A stretch of 44,661 nucleotides of DNA. Origin: Myxococcales bacterium. GTDB lineage: Bacteria; Myxococcota; Myxococcia; Myxococcales; Anaeromyxobacteraceae. The stretch lies in the NCBI GenBank assembly GCA_038320275.1, contig JBBQEB010000011.1, forward strand, positions 1 to 44,661, written 5' to 3'. The notes below the pieces were generated by a model. It did not search any database and was not told the origin of the DNA. It saw nothing but the letters and a program-made list of their open reading frames with translations. A program made the position numbers and the translations under genes. This document shows, in pieces, positions 9,483 through 20,775 of this stretch (its first letter is position 1; every line of letters begins with the position of its first letter).

Positions 9483-12254
9483 GTGGATTACAAGGACACC
9501 GTCCATCTGCCGCGGACGGACTTTCCCATGAAGGCGAACCTCCCGCAGCGGGAGCCCGAGATCCTGCGCGCCTGGGAGGAGGAGGACGTCTTCGCGAAGC
9601 TCCTCGCGCGGAACGCCGCCCGCCCTGGAGCGAAGAGGTTCCTCCTTCACGACGGCCCGCCCTACGCCAATGGCGACATCCACATCGGCCACGCGCTCAA
9701 CAAGATCTTGAAGGACGTGGTGGTGAAGTCGCACGCCATGCGCGGGGACGTGGCGGAATACCTGCCGGGCTGGGACTGCCACGGGCTGCCCATCGAGCTC
9801 AAGGTCGACAAGGAGCTCGGGGCGAAGAAGCGGGAGATGAGCCGGCCCGAGGTGATCCTCGCCTGCCGCCGCTCGGCGGTGAAGTGGATGGTGCGTCAGC
9901 GCACCTCCTTCAAGCGGCTGGGCGTGCTGGGCCGCTGGGATGCGCCGTACACCACCATGAGCCACGGGTACGAGGCGGCCATCGTGCGCACGCTCGCCAC
10001 CGCGGCCGAGAAGGGTTTTCTCTACCGGGGCAAGAAGCCGGTCTACTGGTGCATCCACGACCGCACCGCGCTGGCCGAGGCGGAGGTGGAGTACGCCGAG
10101 CACGTCTCGCCCTCGATCCACGTCGCCTTCGACCTCATCTCCCCGCTCCCTGCGGCCGCGCTGACCGGCCGCCCGGTGCGGCTCGTCATCTGGACCACCA
10201 CGCCGTGGACCTTGCCGGCGAACCTCGCCATCGCCGCTCACCCAGACCTGGAGTACGTGGCGTACGCACTGGGCGAGCGGCCGGTGGTGGTGGCGAAGGA
10301 GCTTTTGGCGGCCTTCCTCGCGGCGTGCGCGGGCGGCGCGGAGGTCGATCCGGCCAAGGTGCTGGCGACCTTCACCGGACGTGAGCTGGAGGGCCTCCGC
10401 TACAGCCATCCCTTCATGCCGCGCGAGGGCGCCGTCATCCTGGGTGAGCACGTCACGCTGGAGGCGGGCACCGGGCTCGTCCACACCGCGCCCGGCCACG
10501 GCCAGGAGGACTACGAGGTCGGCCAGCGGTACGGCCTGCCCATCCTCACGCCGGTGGACGGCGCCGGCCGCTTCACCGCCGAGGCAGGGCGGTACGAGGG
10601 GCGGCCCATCTTCGATGCGAATCCGACCATCGTCGCCGACCTGGCCGCGTCGGGGCACCTGCTCTCCCCTCCCGAGACGACGCTCCGGCATCCCTATCCG
10701 CACTGCTGGCGGTGCCACCGCCCGGTCGTCTTCCGCGCGACCGACCAGTGGTTCCTGTCCCTGGAGCACGCCGGCCTGCGCAGCCGGGCGCTCTCCGAGA
10801 TCGCCAAGGTGCGCTGGATCCCGCGCTGGGGCGAGGAGCGCATCTCGAACATGATCGCGAACCGCCCGGACTGGTGCCTCTCGCGCCAGCGCACCTGGGG
10901 CGTGCCCATCCCGGTCTTCTACTGCGAGGGGTGCCAGGAGCCGCTCGTGTCACCCTCGGTGATGCGCCGGGTGGCCGACGCGTTCGCAGAGGACGGCATC
11001 GAGGCCTGGTACGAGCGCGCGCCGGCCGACTTCCTGGGGGCGGAACGCTGCGGCGGCTGCGGCGGCGGCGCCTTCCGGCGCGAGGGGGACATCCTCGACG
11101 TGTGGTGGGACTCCGGCGTGTCTTGGGCGGCGGTGTGCGAGCCGAACCCCGACCTGGGCGTGCCGGCCGACCTCTACCTCGAGGGCTCCGACCAGCATCG
11201 CGGCTGGTTCCACTCCTCGCTCCTCACGGCGGTGGCGCTGCGGGGCGAGGCGCCCTACCGGGCGGTGCTGACGCACGGCTTCGTCCTCGACGCCAAGGGC
11301 AAGGCCATGTCGAAGAGCGCCGGAAACGGCGTGGACCCCGAGGAGGTCATCGCGAAGTACGGCGCGGACGTGCTGCGGCTCTGGGTGGCTGCGTCCGACT
11401 ACCGCGACGACGTGCGCATCGGGCCGGAGATCCTGGCCGGCCTGGCCGAGGGCTACCGGAAGATCCGCAACACCGTGCGCTGGGCCATGGGGAACCTCGA
11501 CGGCTTCGATCCTGCGCGCGACGCGGTGCCGATGGAGGAGCTGGAGCCCATCGACCGCTGGGCCGTGGCGCGGCTCGCCGCTTGGGTCGCCAAGGTGAAG
11601 AAGGCGTACGCCGACTACGAATTCCACCTCGCCTACCACGCCACGGTCCAGCTCTGCGCGGTGGAGCTGTCCGCGGGGTACTTCGACATCGTGAAGGACC
11701 GGCTTTACACCGCCCGGAAGGACGGAAAGGCGCGCCGCAGCGCCCAGACCGCGCTGTACCTCGTCGCGGGCGACCTCGTCCGCATGCTGGCGCCGGTGCT
11801 CTCCTTCACCGCCGAGGAGGCCTGGGGCTTCCTTCCGGGCGGGGAGGACCTCGACAGCGTGTTCTACGCGGGCTTTCCGGAGCGGAAGCGCCCGCCCGAC
11901 GCGGACGCGCTGGAGGCCCGCTACGGCGACCTCCTCGCCGCCCGCGGGATTGCCCTCAAGGCGCTGGAGGAGGCGCGCAAGGCCAAGGTCATCGGCTCGG
12001 GGCTGGAGGCCGCCATCACATTTCGCGCCGGGCCTGCACTTCTCGCCAAGCTGCGCGCCTCGGAGGCGGAGCTGCCCGCCATCTTCCTCGTCTCGAAGGT
12101 GACGCTGGCCGAGGGCGCGGACGGGGCGGAGGAGGTGCTGGTGGAGAAGGCGCCTGGCGCGAAGTGCGTCCGCTGCTGGGGCTGGTACGAGGACGTGGGA
12201 AGCGATTCCGCCCGTCCGGAGATCTGCGGGAAGTGCGCCGCGGCGCTCGCATGA
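9483..12254 (+). CDS. ileS: Isoleucine--tRNA ligase (type 1)
   Basis: DYKDTVHLPRTDFPMKANL, LHDGPPYANG-HIGH, WTTTPWTLP editing motif, GSDQHRGWF, AMSKS, C-terminal CxxC..CxxC Zn finger. Confidence 0.97.
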   Translation: MDYKDTVHLPRTDFPMKANLPQREPEILRAWEEEDVFAKLLARNAARPGAKRFLLHDGPPYANGDIHIGHALNKILKDVVVKSHAMRGDVAEYLPGWDCHGLPIELKVDKELGAKKREMSRPEVILACRRSAVKWMVRQRTSFKRLGVLGRWDAPYTTMSHGYEAAIVRTLATAAEKGFLYRGKKPVYWCIHDRTALAEAEVEYAEHVSPSIHVAFDLISPLPAAALTGRPVRLVIWTTTPWTLPANLAIAAHPDLEYVAYALGERPVVVAKELLAAFLAACAGGAEVDPAKVLATFTGRELEGLRYSHPFMPREGAVILGEHVTLEAGTGLVHTAPGHGQEDYEVGQRYGLPILTPVDGAGRFTAEAGRYEGRPIFDANPTIVADLAASGHLLSPPETTLRHPYPHCWRCHRPVVFRATDQWFLSLEHAGLRSRALSEIAKVRWIPRWGEERISNMIANRPDWCLSRQRTWGVPIPVFYCEGCQEPLVSPSVMRRVADAFAEDGIEAWYERAPADFLGAERCGGCGGGAFRREGDILDVWWDSGVSWAAVCEPNPDLGVPADLYLEGSDQHRGWFHSSLLTAVALRGEAPYRAVLTHGFVLDAKGKAMSKSAGNGVDPEEVIAKYGADVLRLWVAASDYRDDVRIGPEILAGLAEGYRKIRNTVRWAMGNLDGFDPARDAVPMEELEPIDRWAVARLAAWVAKVKKAYADYEFHLAYHATVQLCAVELSAGYFDIVKDRLYTARKDGKARRSAQTALYLVAGDLVRMLAPVLSFTAEEAWGFLPGGEDLDSVFYAGFPERKRPPDADALEARYGDLLAARGIALKALEEARKAKVIGSGLEAAITFRAGPALLAKLRASEAELPAIFLVSKVTLAEGADGAEEVLVEKAPGAKCVRCWGWYEDVGSDSARPEICGKCAAALA

Positions 12255-12880
12255 GTCGCGGCGGGGGCAAGTGGACGCTGCTCGCGGCGGTCTCCCTCGT
12301 GGGTCTCGCGGCCGATCAGCTCACCAAGTTCCTGGCGGTCGATCGGCTCACCTCGGCCTTCCAGCGCGCGGGCGCGCACGACCTCGCCGCGAAGCTCGCA
12401 GCGTACTGGCGGCTCCACCACCTGGAGCCGCTCGCGACCGAGCCGTACTACGTGTACCGGCCGCTCTGGCGCATGAGCTACGTCGAGAATCCCGCGGCCG
12501 CGTTCAGCATGTTCCGGATGGTCCCGCCCGACCTGCGCTACGCCATCTTCCTCGGCGTCTCCGCCGTGGCGGTGGTCTTCGTCTTCTTCTACTACCGGCG
12601 CCTGGACGAGCGGTCGCGGCTCATGCAGCTCGCGCTCGCCCTCGTGCTCGCCGGGACGGTGGGCAACCTCGTCGATCGCCTCGCCCGCCGGTACGTCATC
12701 GACTTCGTCGAGTGGTACTGGTGGAAGCGGCCCGACCTCATCTGGCCCACCTTCAACGTGGCCGACGCCCTGCTCGTCACCGGGATCGCGCTCCTGCTGG
12801 TGGTTCCGACCCCGCGCCCGGCCGGGGAGGCGGGCAGCCTGAGGAGCGCCGGGAGGAGGGGCGCGCTCCCCAAAATCTAG
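12251..12880 (+). CDS. lspA: Lipoprotein signal peptidase II
   Basis: ATGA overlap with ileS stop; DQLTK, N.AAAFS, GNLVDRL, VIDF, FNVAD. Confidence 0.93.
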   Translation: MSRGGGKWTLLAAVSLVGLAADQLTKFLAVDRLTSAFQRAGAHDLAAKLAAYWRLHHLEPLATEPYYVYRPLWRMSYVENPAAAFSMFRMVPPDLRYAIFLGVSAVAVVFVFFYYRRLDERSRLMQLALALVLAGTVGNLVDRLARRYVIDFVEWYWWKRPDLIWPTFNVADALLVTGIALLLVVPTPRPAGEAGSLRSAGRRGALPKI

Positions 12881-12909
12881 CGCCTCTTCCCCCGCGCCGC
12901 GTCCGCCGC

Positions 12910-13998
12910 ATGCTCCCCGTCCTCTTCACGCTCCACGTCCCCGCCGCGGTTGTCCCTGCGCTGGTCGCGCTGGCGGTGGTGATCGTGGCGCTCGCGCGGG
13001 CGTGGTCCTTTCGGCGGCAATCCGCGCGCGCCGGAGAGCGGGTGAGCTGGGGAGCGGCGCTGTGGGACGACAAGCTCGCCCTGGCGGCGCTCGCCTTCGC
13101 GGCCGCGCTGGCCTGGCGCGGCGGGCTCCTCGCCGGGCCGCTCCTGCTGCCGCTGCAGACCTACGGCATCCTCGTCGCAGCGGGCTTCCTCGCCGGCATC
13201 CTCCTCGCGCAGCGGGAGGCGCGGCGAGCGGGACAGGACGCCGAGCGCATCGGCGAGCTCGCCTTCTGGGTGCTGGTCTCCGCGCTGGCGGGGAGCCGCC
13301 TCTACTTCATCGCGGTGAACTGGCGCGACTACACCGGCGCCCATGCGTGGACGAAGCTCGGCGGGCTGCCCCTGCCGCGCGTGCTCGCCCTGTGGGAAGG
13401 TGGGCTCGTCTTCTACGGTGGGTTCATCGCCGCCGCGCTCACCGGCGTCGTGTACCTGCGCCGCTGGCACCTACCGATCCTGCCCTACGCCGACACCGTC
13501 ATCCCCTCGGTGGCGCTGGGACACTTCTTCGGCAGGCTGGGCTGCTTCGCGGCGGGCTGCTGCTGGGGAGAAGCTTGCCCCGCCGGCCTGCCCTGGTCGG
13601 TGCGCTTTCCCCCGGGCTCGCTCGCGTACGAGACGCTCGCCGAGCGGCCCGGGGCGTCGCTCCTCGCGCTCGGCCACGCGACCACCCTGCCGCTCCATCC
13701 CACGCAGCTCTACGAGGCCTTCGGGGAGCTCGGACTGTTCCTCGTCCTCGTGCTGGTGGTGCGCCCCAGGAAGCGCTTCGACGGGCAGGTCCTCGCGACC
13801 TGGCTCGCCGCGTATGCGCTGCTGCGGGCGACGGTGGAGGTCTTCCGAGGCGACGTGGAGCGGGGCGTCGTGGCGGGGCTCGGGGTGGGGCAGTGGACGT
13901 CCATCGCCATCCTGGGCGCTGCGGCGCTGGTCTGGGCCGCGGGGCGGCGGGGCGGGCTCGCCGGGCGGGCGGACGGAGGCTTGCCGCGGGCCACCTGA
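12910..13998 (+). CDS. lgt: Prolipoprotein diacylglyceryl transferase
   Basis: TYG, GSRLYF, WEGGLVFYGG, GRLGCF.AGCCWG, LHPTQLYE, R..VEVFRGD. Confidence 0.9.
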   Translation: MLPVLFTLHVPAAVVPALVALAVVIVALARAWSFRRQSARAGERVSWGAALWDDKLALAALAFAAALAWRGGLLAGPLLLPLQTYGILVAAGFLAGILLAQREARRAGQDAERIGELAFWVLVSALAGSRLYFIAVNWRDYTGAHAWTKLGGLPLPRVLALWEGGLVFYGGFIAAALTGVVYLRRWHLPILPYADTVIPSVALGHFFGRLGCFAAGCCWGEACPAGLPWSVRFPPGSLAYETLAERPGASLLALGHATTLPLHPTQLYEAFGELGLFLVLVLVVRPRKRFDGQVLATWLAAYALLRATVEVFRGDVERGVVAGLGVGQWTSIAILGAAALVWAAGRRGGLAGRADGGLPRAT

Positions 13999-14052
13999 AC
14001 ATGCGGGCTCGCGCGCTTCGCGCCGCCGGCTCGTGCACGGTACAGTTGAGCC

Positions 14053-14775
14053 ATGGCTCCCCCGCAGCGGCCTGGCGCGAAGGGCTCACCGGGCTCGTCC
14101 GGTGACGCGCGCGCCTTGGGCGAGGCCGACCGGCGCGAACGCCACCAGACGGAGGAGCTCGCCGAGGCGTGCGCTCGGACCGAGGAGGAGCTGGAGGGGC
14201 TGAAGGCTCGCTTCGAGATGTACTTCCTCGGGGTGGAGCGCAGGGAGCCAGCCCGCGAGCGCGGCGAGATGAGGCGGCGGGTGCTGCAGCTCAAGGCCGA
14301 GCTCACGCGGAACACCGGCCTGCGCTTCCGCATCGACACGTTGCACGCGCGCTTCCTGTCGTACGAGCGCATGTGGACCCGCTCCTCGCGCGAGAAGGAG
14401 GACGGGACCTACCGGCGGGACCTCGTGCGCGCGCGCAGGCACGCGCATGCGCCAGCAAAGTCCGCGGCCCCGGAGGCGGCCGGCGGAACGACCCCAGCCA
14501 CCGCCGAGAAGCCGGCCCCTCCGCCGCTACCGGCCCCCTCGACAGCGATGCCCAGAGGGCCCGGCGAAAAGAGGCTGCGCGCACTGTTCGACGAATACGT
14601 GCAGGCGAGGCGGAGCTGCAACGAGGACGTCTCGCGCGTCTCCTACGAGGCGCTCTCGCGTGCGGTGCTGAAGCAGGTGCCGGAGCTCATGGCGAAGTAC
14701 AAGGCCACGTCGGTGGACTTCAAGGTGGTCATCCAGGGAGGCAAGGCCGTGCTGAAGGCCGTGCCGCGGGCCTGA
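14053..14775 (+). CDS. Myxobacterial protein with MXAN_5187-like C-terminal domain
   Basis: FEMYFLGVERREP, NTGLRFR, and C-terminal LFDEYVQARRSCNEDVS...VDFKVVIQGGKAVLKAVP (recognised from memory). Confidence 0.75.
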   Translation: MAPPQRPGAKGSPGSSGDARALGEADRRERHQTEELAEACARTEEELEGLKARFEMYFLGVERREPARERGEMRRRVLQLKAELTRNTGLRFRIDTLHARFLSYERMWTRSSREKEDGTYRRDLVRARRHAHAPAKSAAPEAAGGTTPATAEKPAPPPLPAPSTAMPRGPGEKRLRALFDEYVQARRSCNEDVSRVSYEALSRAVLKQVPELMAKYKATSVDFKVVIQGGKAVLKAVPRA

Positions 14776-14934
14776 ACCACGACGGTGACGGGCGGGGGGG
14801 GGAGGTCCCGTATGACTGAACCGGCCGAGCACCCAACCGGAGCCGGCCATCGCTCGGTCGGGGGGCTGCCGATATCTGGGGCCGATTCATAGCCTCTCTC
14901 CAGCGGGCAACTTGCCGCGCCCCACGGAGGCTAC

Positions 14935-15333
14935 CTGCCCAAGCCCACCTTCATCCTGGTCGCGACCGCCCTCTTGCTCGGCTGCGCGCGCTCGGCTCCC
15001 GCGTCCTTGCCCACGGCGGAGGCCTCCCAGGCCTCGCTGGAGGCACACCGCGCTCGCTGGCAGGCGGAGGAAGCAGCGCTCCACGGCGTGCTCGACGGCA
15101 TCGAGGAGCGGCTCCTCACCGATCAGGGGCGGGTGCACCTCTGGGCCGAGCTTCGCGAGCGTCACGGCAGCGTGAGCGCGCTCGCGGCGAGGAACCTCGG
15201 CCAGCATGCCGGTGCCGTCGCCGCCTACCAGACCAAGCAGCACGACAAGGGGGCAGCGCTGGCGAAGAAGAACCGCATCGCCTCGCGCACCCTCACCGCC
15301 GCGGAGCGAAGCGAGGCCGGAACGGTGCGGTAG
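14935..15333 (+). CDS. Hypothetical coiled-coil lipoprotein; possible CTG start
   Basis: In-frame PKPTFILVATALLLGC signal/lipobox after GGAGG (14926-14930); in-frame TAG at 14890 rules out upstream starts; first canonical start is TTG 14974. Confidence 0.55.
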   Translation: MPKPTFILVATALLLGCARSAPASLPTAEASQASLEAHRARWQAEEAALHGVLDGIEERLLTDQGRVHLWAELRERHGSVSALAARNLGQHAGAVAAYQTKQHDKGAALAKKNRIASRTLTAAERSEAGTVR

Positions 15334-15412
15334 CTTCGCTGTTGCCTTCCCCGCTGCCCGATCGTACAAAAGCGCCCCGCGCCGGCGGAGCTCGTTCGCC
15401 GGCTGACAGGAC

Positions 15413-15485
15413 GCCTGGGTAGCTCAGTCGGTAGAGCAGGGGACTGAAAATCCCCGTGTCGCTGGTTCGATTCCGGCCCCAGGCA
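15413..15485 (+). tRNA. tRNA-Phe(GAA), CCA not encoded
   Basis: GCCTGGG/CCCAGGC acceptor, AGCTCAGTCGGTAGAGC D-arm, GGGGA-CTGAAAA-TCCCC anticodon arm, GGTTCGATTCC T-arm. Confidence 0.96.
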
Positions 15486-15572
15486 CTTCAGCACCGGTCT
15501 TGGCCGCGGCGCTTGGCGTGCCCGCCGCAAGGCGTGCGGCGCGGTCGCGAGCGGCGCCGGGCCGCCCCCCGG

Positions 15573-15971
15573 CTAGCTCTGCGGCGCGATGCGCGCCAGC
15601 ATCGTCTGGATCTGCTCCGCGTGGTGCCGGATGATATCCGGCGAAGTGCCCCACGACTCCGCCTTCCGGGCGAGCACCTCGATGGCGCTCCGGAGCGAGG
15701 CGACGGTGGGCCGATCGTAGTCGCCCCCGGACTCCTGGAACGCGAGCCGCACGGCGCCAGCGATGTTGCTCCGGAGCGCGGCCTCGTTCGTGCTCGTCGA
15801 CCCGAGCTTCACCTTCGCGCGCGCGAGCGTCTCGCTGTGCGCGAAGTAGAAGCACTCGACGACGAGGTCCCGCGCCTTGGGCGGCGTGAGGCTGTCGGTG
15901 TCGACGTGGGGCAGGTTCCAGAGCGCCTCGCCATCGACGACCGACGGGCTCCAGCCGATGAAGCAGGGCAA
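15573..15971 (-). CDS. Hypothetical helical protein; start uncertain
   Basis: Protein-like composition (LTPPKARDLVVECFYFAH, AFQESGGDYDRPT); fills the gap between tRNA-Phe and atpD. Confidence 0.6.
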   Translation of the reverse strand: MPCFIGWSPSVVDGEALWNLPHVDTDSLTPPKARDLVVECFYFAHSETLARAKVKLGSTSTNEAALRSNIAGAVRLAFQESGGDYDRPTVASLRSAIEVLARKAESWGTSPDIIRHHAEQIQTMLARIAPQS

Positions 15972-16104
15972 CGAGAATCGTCAGGATTGCGCGCCCTTCA
16001 TGCCAAACGCGATGGAATGCGTCCCTACGTTTGCAGCGACGCCGCGAAGAGGCCTCTGGGCGAGCGGCACGGGCTCATCTGCGGATTCCTCACTTGCTGC
16101 TTAG

Positions 16105-17625
<1,521 letters not shown>

Positions 17626-17634
17626 TGGCCGAAC

Positions 17635-18039
17635 ATGCCGCCGAGGCTCATGAAACTCAAAGTTGTGCTGCCCTTCGGGGTCTTTGCCGAGAAGTCTGCC
17701 GTCACGCGCATCGTCGCGGAGACCCCTGAGGGCTCGTTTGGCATCTTGCCACACCGACTCGACTGCGTCGCCACGCTCTCGCCCGGCATCCTGATCTACG
17801 AGACCGAATCGGATGGCGAAGTCTATGTCGCGATAGATGAGGGGGTACTCGTCAAGGCCGGCTTTGACGTTCTCGTGTCCGTGCGCCGCGCGATCGGCGG
17901 AACCGACCTCGGATCATTGCGCGGCTCGGTGGAAGAGGAGTTCCTGGCGATCGACGAGCAGGAGCAGACCCTGCGCACGGTCATGGCGAAGATGGAAAGC
18001 GGGTTTCTACGTCAGTTCGCGAGGTTTCACCGTGAATGA
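17635..18039 (+). CDS. atpC: N-ATPase subunit epsilon (ATG 17650 alternative)
   Basis: GSFGILPHRLDCVATL.PG; position after atpD. Confidence 0.9.
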   Translation: MPPRLMKLKVVLPFGVFAEKSAVTRIVAETPEGSFGILPHRLDCVATLSPGILIYETESDGEVYVAIDEGVLVKAGFDVLVSVRRAIGGTDLGSLRGSVEEEFLAIDEQEQTLRTVMAKMESGFLRQFARFHRE

Positions 18040-18367
18040 TGGGCCGAACGGGAAGTCCCCCGGCAACGGTGAGACGTTCGCCGTGAAGGTCAGCGCCAAG
18101 GTGTTGCGCAAGATCAAGGCGCGGCGCAACCCCACCCAGGTCTGGTTCGGCCTCGGGATGATGGGGCTCATCGGCTGGTCCGTGGTGGTTCCAACCCTGC
18201 TCGGCGCGGCACTGGGCCTCTGGATCGACGGTCGCCATCCGGGAAACCACTCCTGGACCCTCGCGCTGCTGGTGGCTGGACTCGCGATGGGCTGCCTCAA
18301 CGCGTGGCACTGGGTTGCGAAGGAAGACAAGGCCATGCGCGACCCACAGGACAATGACCATGACTAG
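18032..18367 (+). CDS. atpQ: N-ATPase AtpQ (AtpZ/AtpI-like 2-TM protein)
   Basis: VWFGLGMMGLIGWSVVVPTLLG.ALGLWID...GCLNAWHWV; GTG overlaps the end of atpC. Confidence 0.85.
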   Translation: MNDGPNGKSPGNGETFAVKVSAKVLRKIKARRNPTQVWFGLGMMGLIGWSVVVPTLLGAALGLWIDGRHPGNHSWTLALLVAGLAMGCLNAWHWVAKEDKAMRDPQDNDHD

Positions 18368-18677
18368 GCTGCCAACGTTGATCCTGGCGTGCATGGCGGG
18401 AGGAGGCCTGGGCACGGTGTTCTTCGGTGGCCTCTGGTGGACGCTTCGCAAGGGCATCTCATCCAATCACCCCGCGCTCTGGATCGTCGGCAGCGCACTG
18501 CTGCGCATGGCTGTGACCATTTCCGGATTCTACGTCGTCTCCGCTGGTGAGTGGGCGCGGCTCCTTTCGTGCCTCCTCGGCTTTTCTGTCGCACGCGTGG
18601 CCACGACGTGGCTGACCCGACAATCGGGAGAACGCCGCATTCGCAGCCCGGCACATGAGGCCCGCCATGCATCTTAG
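18360..18677 (+). CDS. atpR: N-ATPase AtpR membrane subunit
   Basis: LGTVFFGGLWWT, S.LLR, LLGF.VAR; the Arg-containing helices typical of AtpR. Confidence 0.85.
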   Translation: MTRLPTLILACMAGGGLGTVFFGGLWWTLRKGISSNHPALWIVGSALLRMAVTISGFYVVSAGEWARLLSCLLGFSVARVATTWLTRQSGERRIRSPAHEARHAS

Positions 18678-19362
18678 TCCGGACCAGGTGATCTTCTGGC
18701 AGCATGGGTTTCTGAAGCTCAACGCTACCATCGTGTTCACGTGGGGGCTGATGATCGTGCTTGCCGTGGGTTCCAAGCTGATCACGCGCAAACTGTCGCT
18801 GAACCTGAAGCGATCTCGCTGGCAGAACGCCCTGGAGATGGTCGTCACCTCCATCGAGACGCAAATCGAGGAAGTCGGCCTTCAACATCCCGAAAAGTAC
18901 CTCGGATTCCTCGGCACTCTCTTCCTGTTCCTGGCCACGGCTGCCTTGTTCACGGTCATCCCCGGCTACGAGCCCCCAACCGCTTCGCTGTCCACCACCG
19001 TGGCACTTGCGCTGTCCGTGTTCGTGGCCGTGCCGCTCTTCGGCATCGAGGACCAGGGCGTCGGCGGCTACCTCGAGTCGTATGTCGAGCCGACGATCAT
19101 CATGCTGCCATTCAATATCATCAGCGAAATATCCCGAACACTGGCCCTGGCGGTCCGACTCTTCGGCAACATGATGAGTGGCGCAATGATCATCGCCATC
19201 CTGCTCACCATCACCCCGTTCATCTTTCCAATCTTCATGACGGCGCTCGGCCTGCTCACCGGCATGGTGCAGGCCTACATCTTCAGCATCCTGGCAGCGG
19301 TCTATATCGCCGCGGCCACGCGCGCCCGCAAACCAAAGCCCGAGCCGGCGGCGGCCACTTGA
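18667..19362 (+). CDS. atpB: N-ATPase subunit a
   Basis: PPTASLSTT, SRTLALAVRLFGNM with the essential Arg, GMVQAYIF. Confidence 0.93.
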   Translation: MHLSPDQVIFWQHGFLKLNATIVFTWGLMIVLAVGSKLITRKLSLNLKRSRWQNALEMVVTSIETQIEEVGLQHPEKYLGFLGTLFLFLATAALFTVIPGYEPPTASLSTTVALALSVFVAVPLFGIEDQGVGGYLESYVEPTIIMLPFNIISEISRTLALAVRLFGNMMSGAMIIAILLTITPFIFPIFMTALGLLTGMVQAYIFSILAAVYIAAATRARKPKPEPAAAT

Positions 19363-19392
19363 GGCAGCGATGAACCCATCCAAGGAGACACC

Positions 19393-19674
19393 ATGGAAAG
19401 CATGACGATCATCGCGGTGGCATCTATTGTCATCGCTGGCATCACCACGGCATTTGGTACCATGGGGCCTGCTCTCGCGGAAGGAAGGGCAGTTGCGACG
19501 GCGTTGAGCTCGCTGGCCCAGCAGCCCGATGCATCCTCCACCATCACGCGAACACTGTTCGTCGGTCTGGCGATGATCGAGTCGTGTGCCATCTACTGCT
19601 TCGTGGTCTCGATGATCCTGATCTTCGCGAACCCATTTTGGCACAGCGTCATCGATAAAGCTGCGGGGAAATGA
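19393..19674 (+). CDS. atpE: N-ATPase subunit c
   Basis: AAGGAG RBS; helix-1 Glu30 (LAEG), QQPD loop, helix-2 IESCAIY (Glu63). Confidence 0.95.
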   Translation: MESMTIIAVASIVIAGITTAFGTMGPALAEGRAVATALSSLAQQPDASSTITRTLFVGLAMIESCAIYCFVVSMILIFANPFWHSVIDKAAGK

Positions 19675-19677
19675 TTC

Positions 19678-20775
19678 ATGCTCATCGATTGGTTCACCGT
19701 CGGGGCACAGGCGCTCAACTTCCTCATCCTGGTGTGGTTGATGAGGCGCTTTCTCTACAAGCCCATCCGGCAGGCCATCGATGAGCGGGAGAAGCGCATC
19801 GCATCCGAGCTGGCGGATGCGGACGCGAAGAAGGCCGAGGCCAAGGGAGAGCGCGACGAGTTCCAGCGCAAGAACGAGGAGCTCGATCAGCAGCGCGGCG
19901 CGCTCCTCGGCAAGGCGACGGAGGAAGCGAAGGCCGAGGGCCAGCGGCTCATCGAGGAAGCGCGCAAAGCAGCGGACATCTTGAGCGCGAAGAGGCAGGA
20001 AGCGCTGAGAAACGAGGCCCGCAACCTGAATGAAGCCATCGGTCGCCGGGCGCAGAGTGAAGTGTTTGCCATTGCTCGAAAGACGCTGACGGACCTTGGA
20101 GGACGGAGCCTCGAGGCGCGCATCGCCGAGGTCTTCATCCGCCGCGTGCGGGAGATGGATGGACCCGCGAAGGGAGGACTCGCCGAGGCCCTGAGGACTG
20201 CGTCTGAACCAGCGCTCGTGCGCAGCGCGTTTGATCTGCCAGCAGAACAGCGCGCCGCAATACAGGCGGCGCTGCGCGAAACCTTCTCGGCGGCGGTCCG
20301 CGTTCGCTTCGAGAGCGCCCCCGACCTGATCGGCGGCATCGAGCTCACCACCCAGGGACAGAAGGTGGCTTGGAGCATCGCCGACTATCTGGGGTCGTTG
20401 GAGAAGGGGGTCGAGGACCTGTTGAAGGCACACGAGGAGCCTGGACCCAAGGCCAAGGCTGCCGCCGACGTGACAACGAAGATCGCCAGGCGCGCATACG
20501 AACTGTACGAAGAGCGAGGCCAACGGAGCAACTCTGCCGGCCAGGACTGGAGCCAGGCGGAGCGGGAAGTTCGGGAAGGCGCCGGCGAACCCAAGCCCAC
20601 CCTTGAAACCGAGGTGAAGCCAGACACCACGGTAAAGCTTGCCCCGGACGCCGCGGCGGGACCGAAACCGGACGCGAAGGCCGACCCCAAGCTCGAGGCG
20701 AAGCCACCGCCAAAAGGGGAAGCCGCGGTCGGGACGAAGTCCGAGGAACGTCAGCCCCCGACGAAGAGCGCATGA
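19678..20775 (+). CDS. atpF: N-ATPase subunit b (b-delta-like fusion) with extra C-terminal domain and P/K/E tail
   Basis: [28 protein letters not shown], coiled coil, delta-like PDLIGGIEL...[10 protein letters not shown], then about 120 extra aa. Confidence 0.9.
   Translation: MLIDWFTVGAQALNFLILVWLMRRFLYKPIRQAIDEREKRIASELADADAKKAEAKGERDEFQRKNEELDQQRGALLGKATEEAKAEGQRLIEEARKAADILSAKRQEALRNEARNLNEAIGRRAQSEVFAIARKTLTDLGGRSLEARIAEVFIRRVREMDGPAKGGLAEALRTASEPALVRSAFDLPAEQRAAIQAALRETFSAAVRVRFESAPDLIGGIELTTQGQKVAWSIADYLGSLEKGVEDLLKAHEEPGPKAKAAADVTTKIARRAYELYEERGQRSNSAGQDWSQAEREVREGAGEPKPTLETEVKPDTTVKLAPDAAAGPKPDAKADPKLEAKPPPKGEAAVGTKSEERQPPTKSA

Noticed and set aside
10704..10718. CxxCH heme-binding motif (CWRCH) as a substrate for the Ccs systems
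   Set aside because: It lies inside cytoplasmic IleRS, in its conserved HCWR knuckle region
13390..13430. Lgt motif YGG instead of E. coli HGG
   Set aside because: A common variant outside enterobacteria; the other Lgt motifs are intact
18305..18318. Sigma-54 promoter TGGCAC...TTGC
   Set aside because: Spacing is one base short of the -24/-12 consensus and it lies inside atpQ
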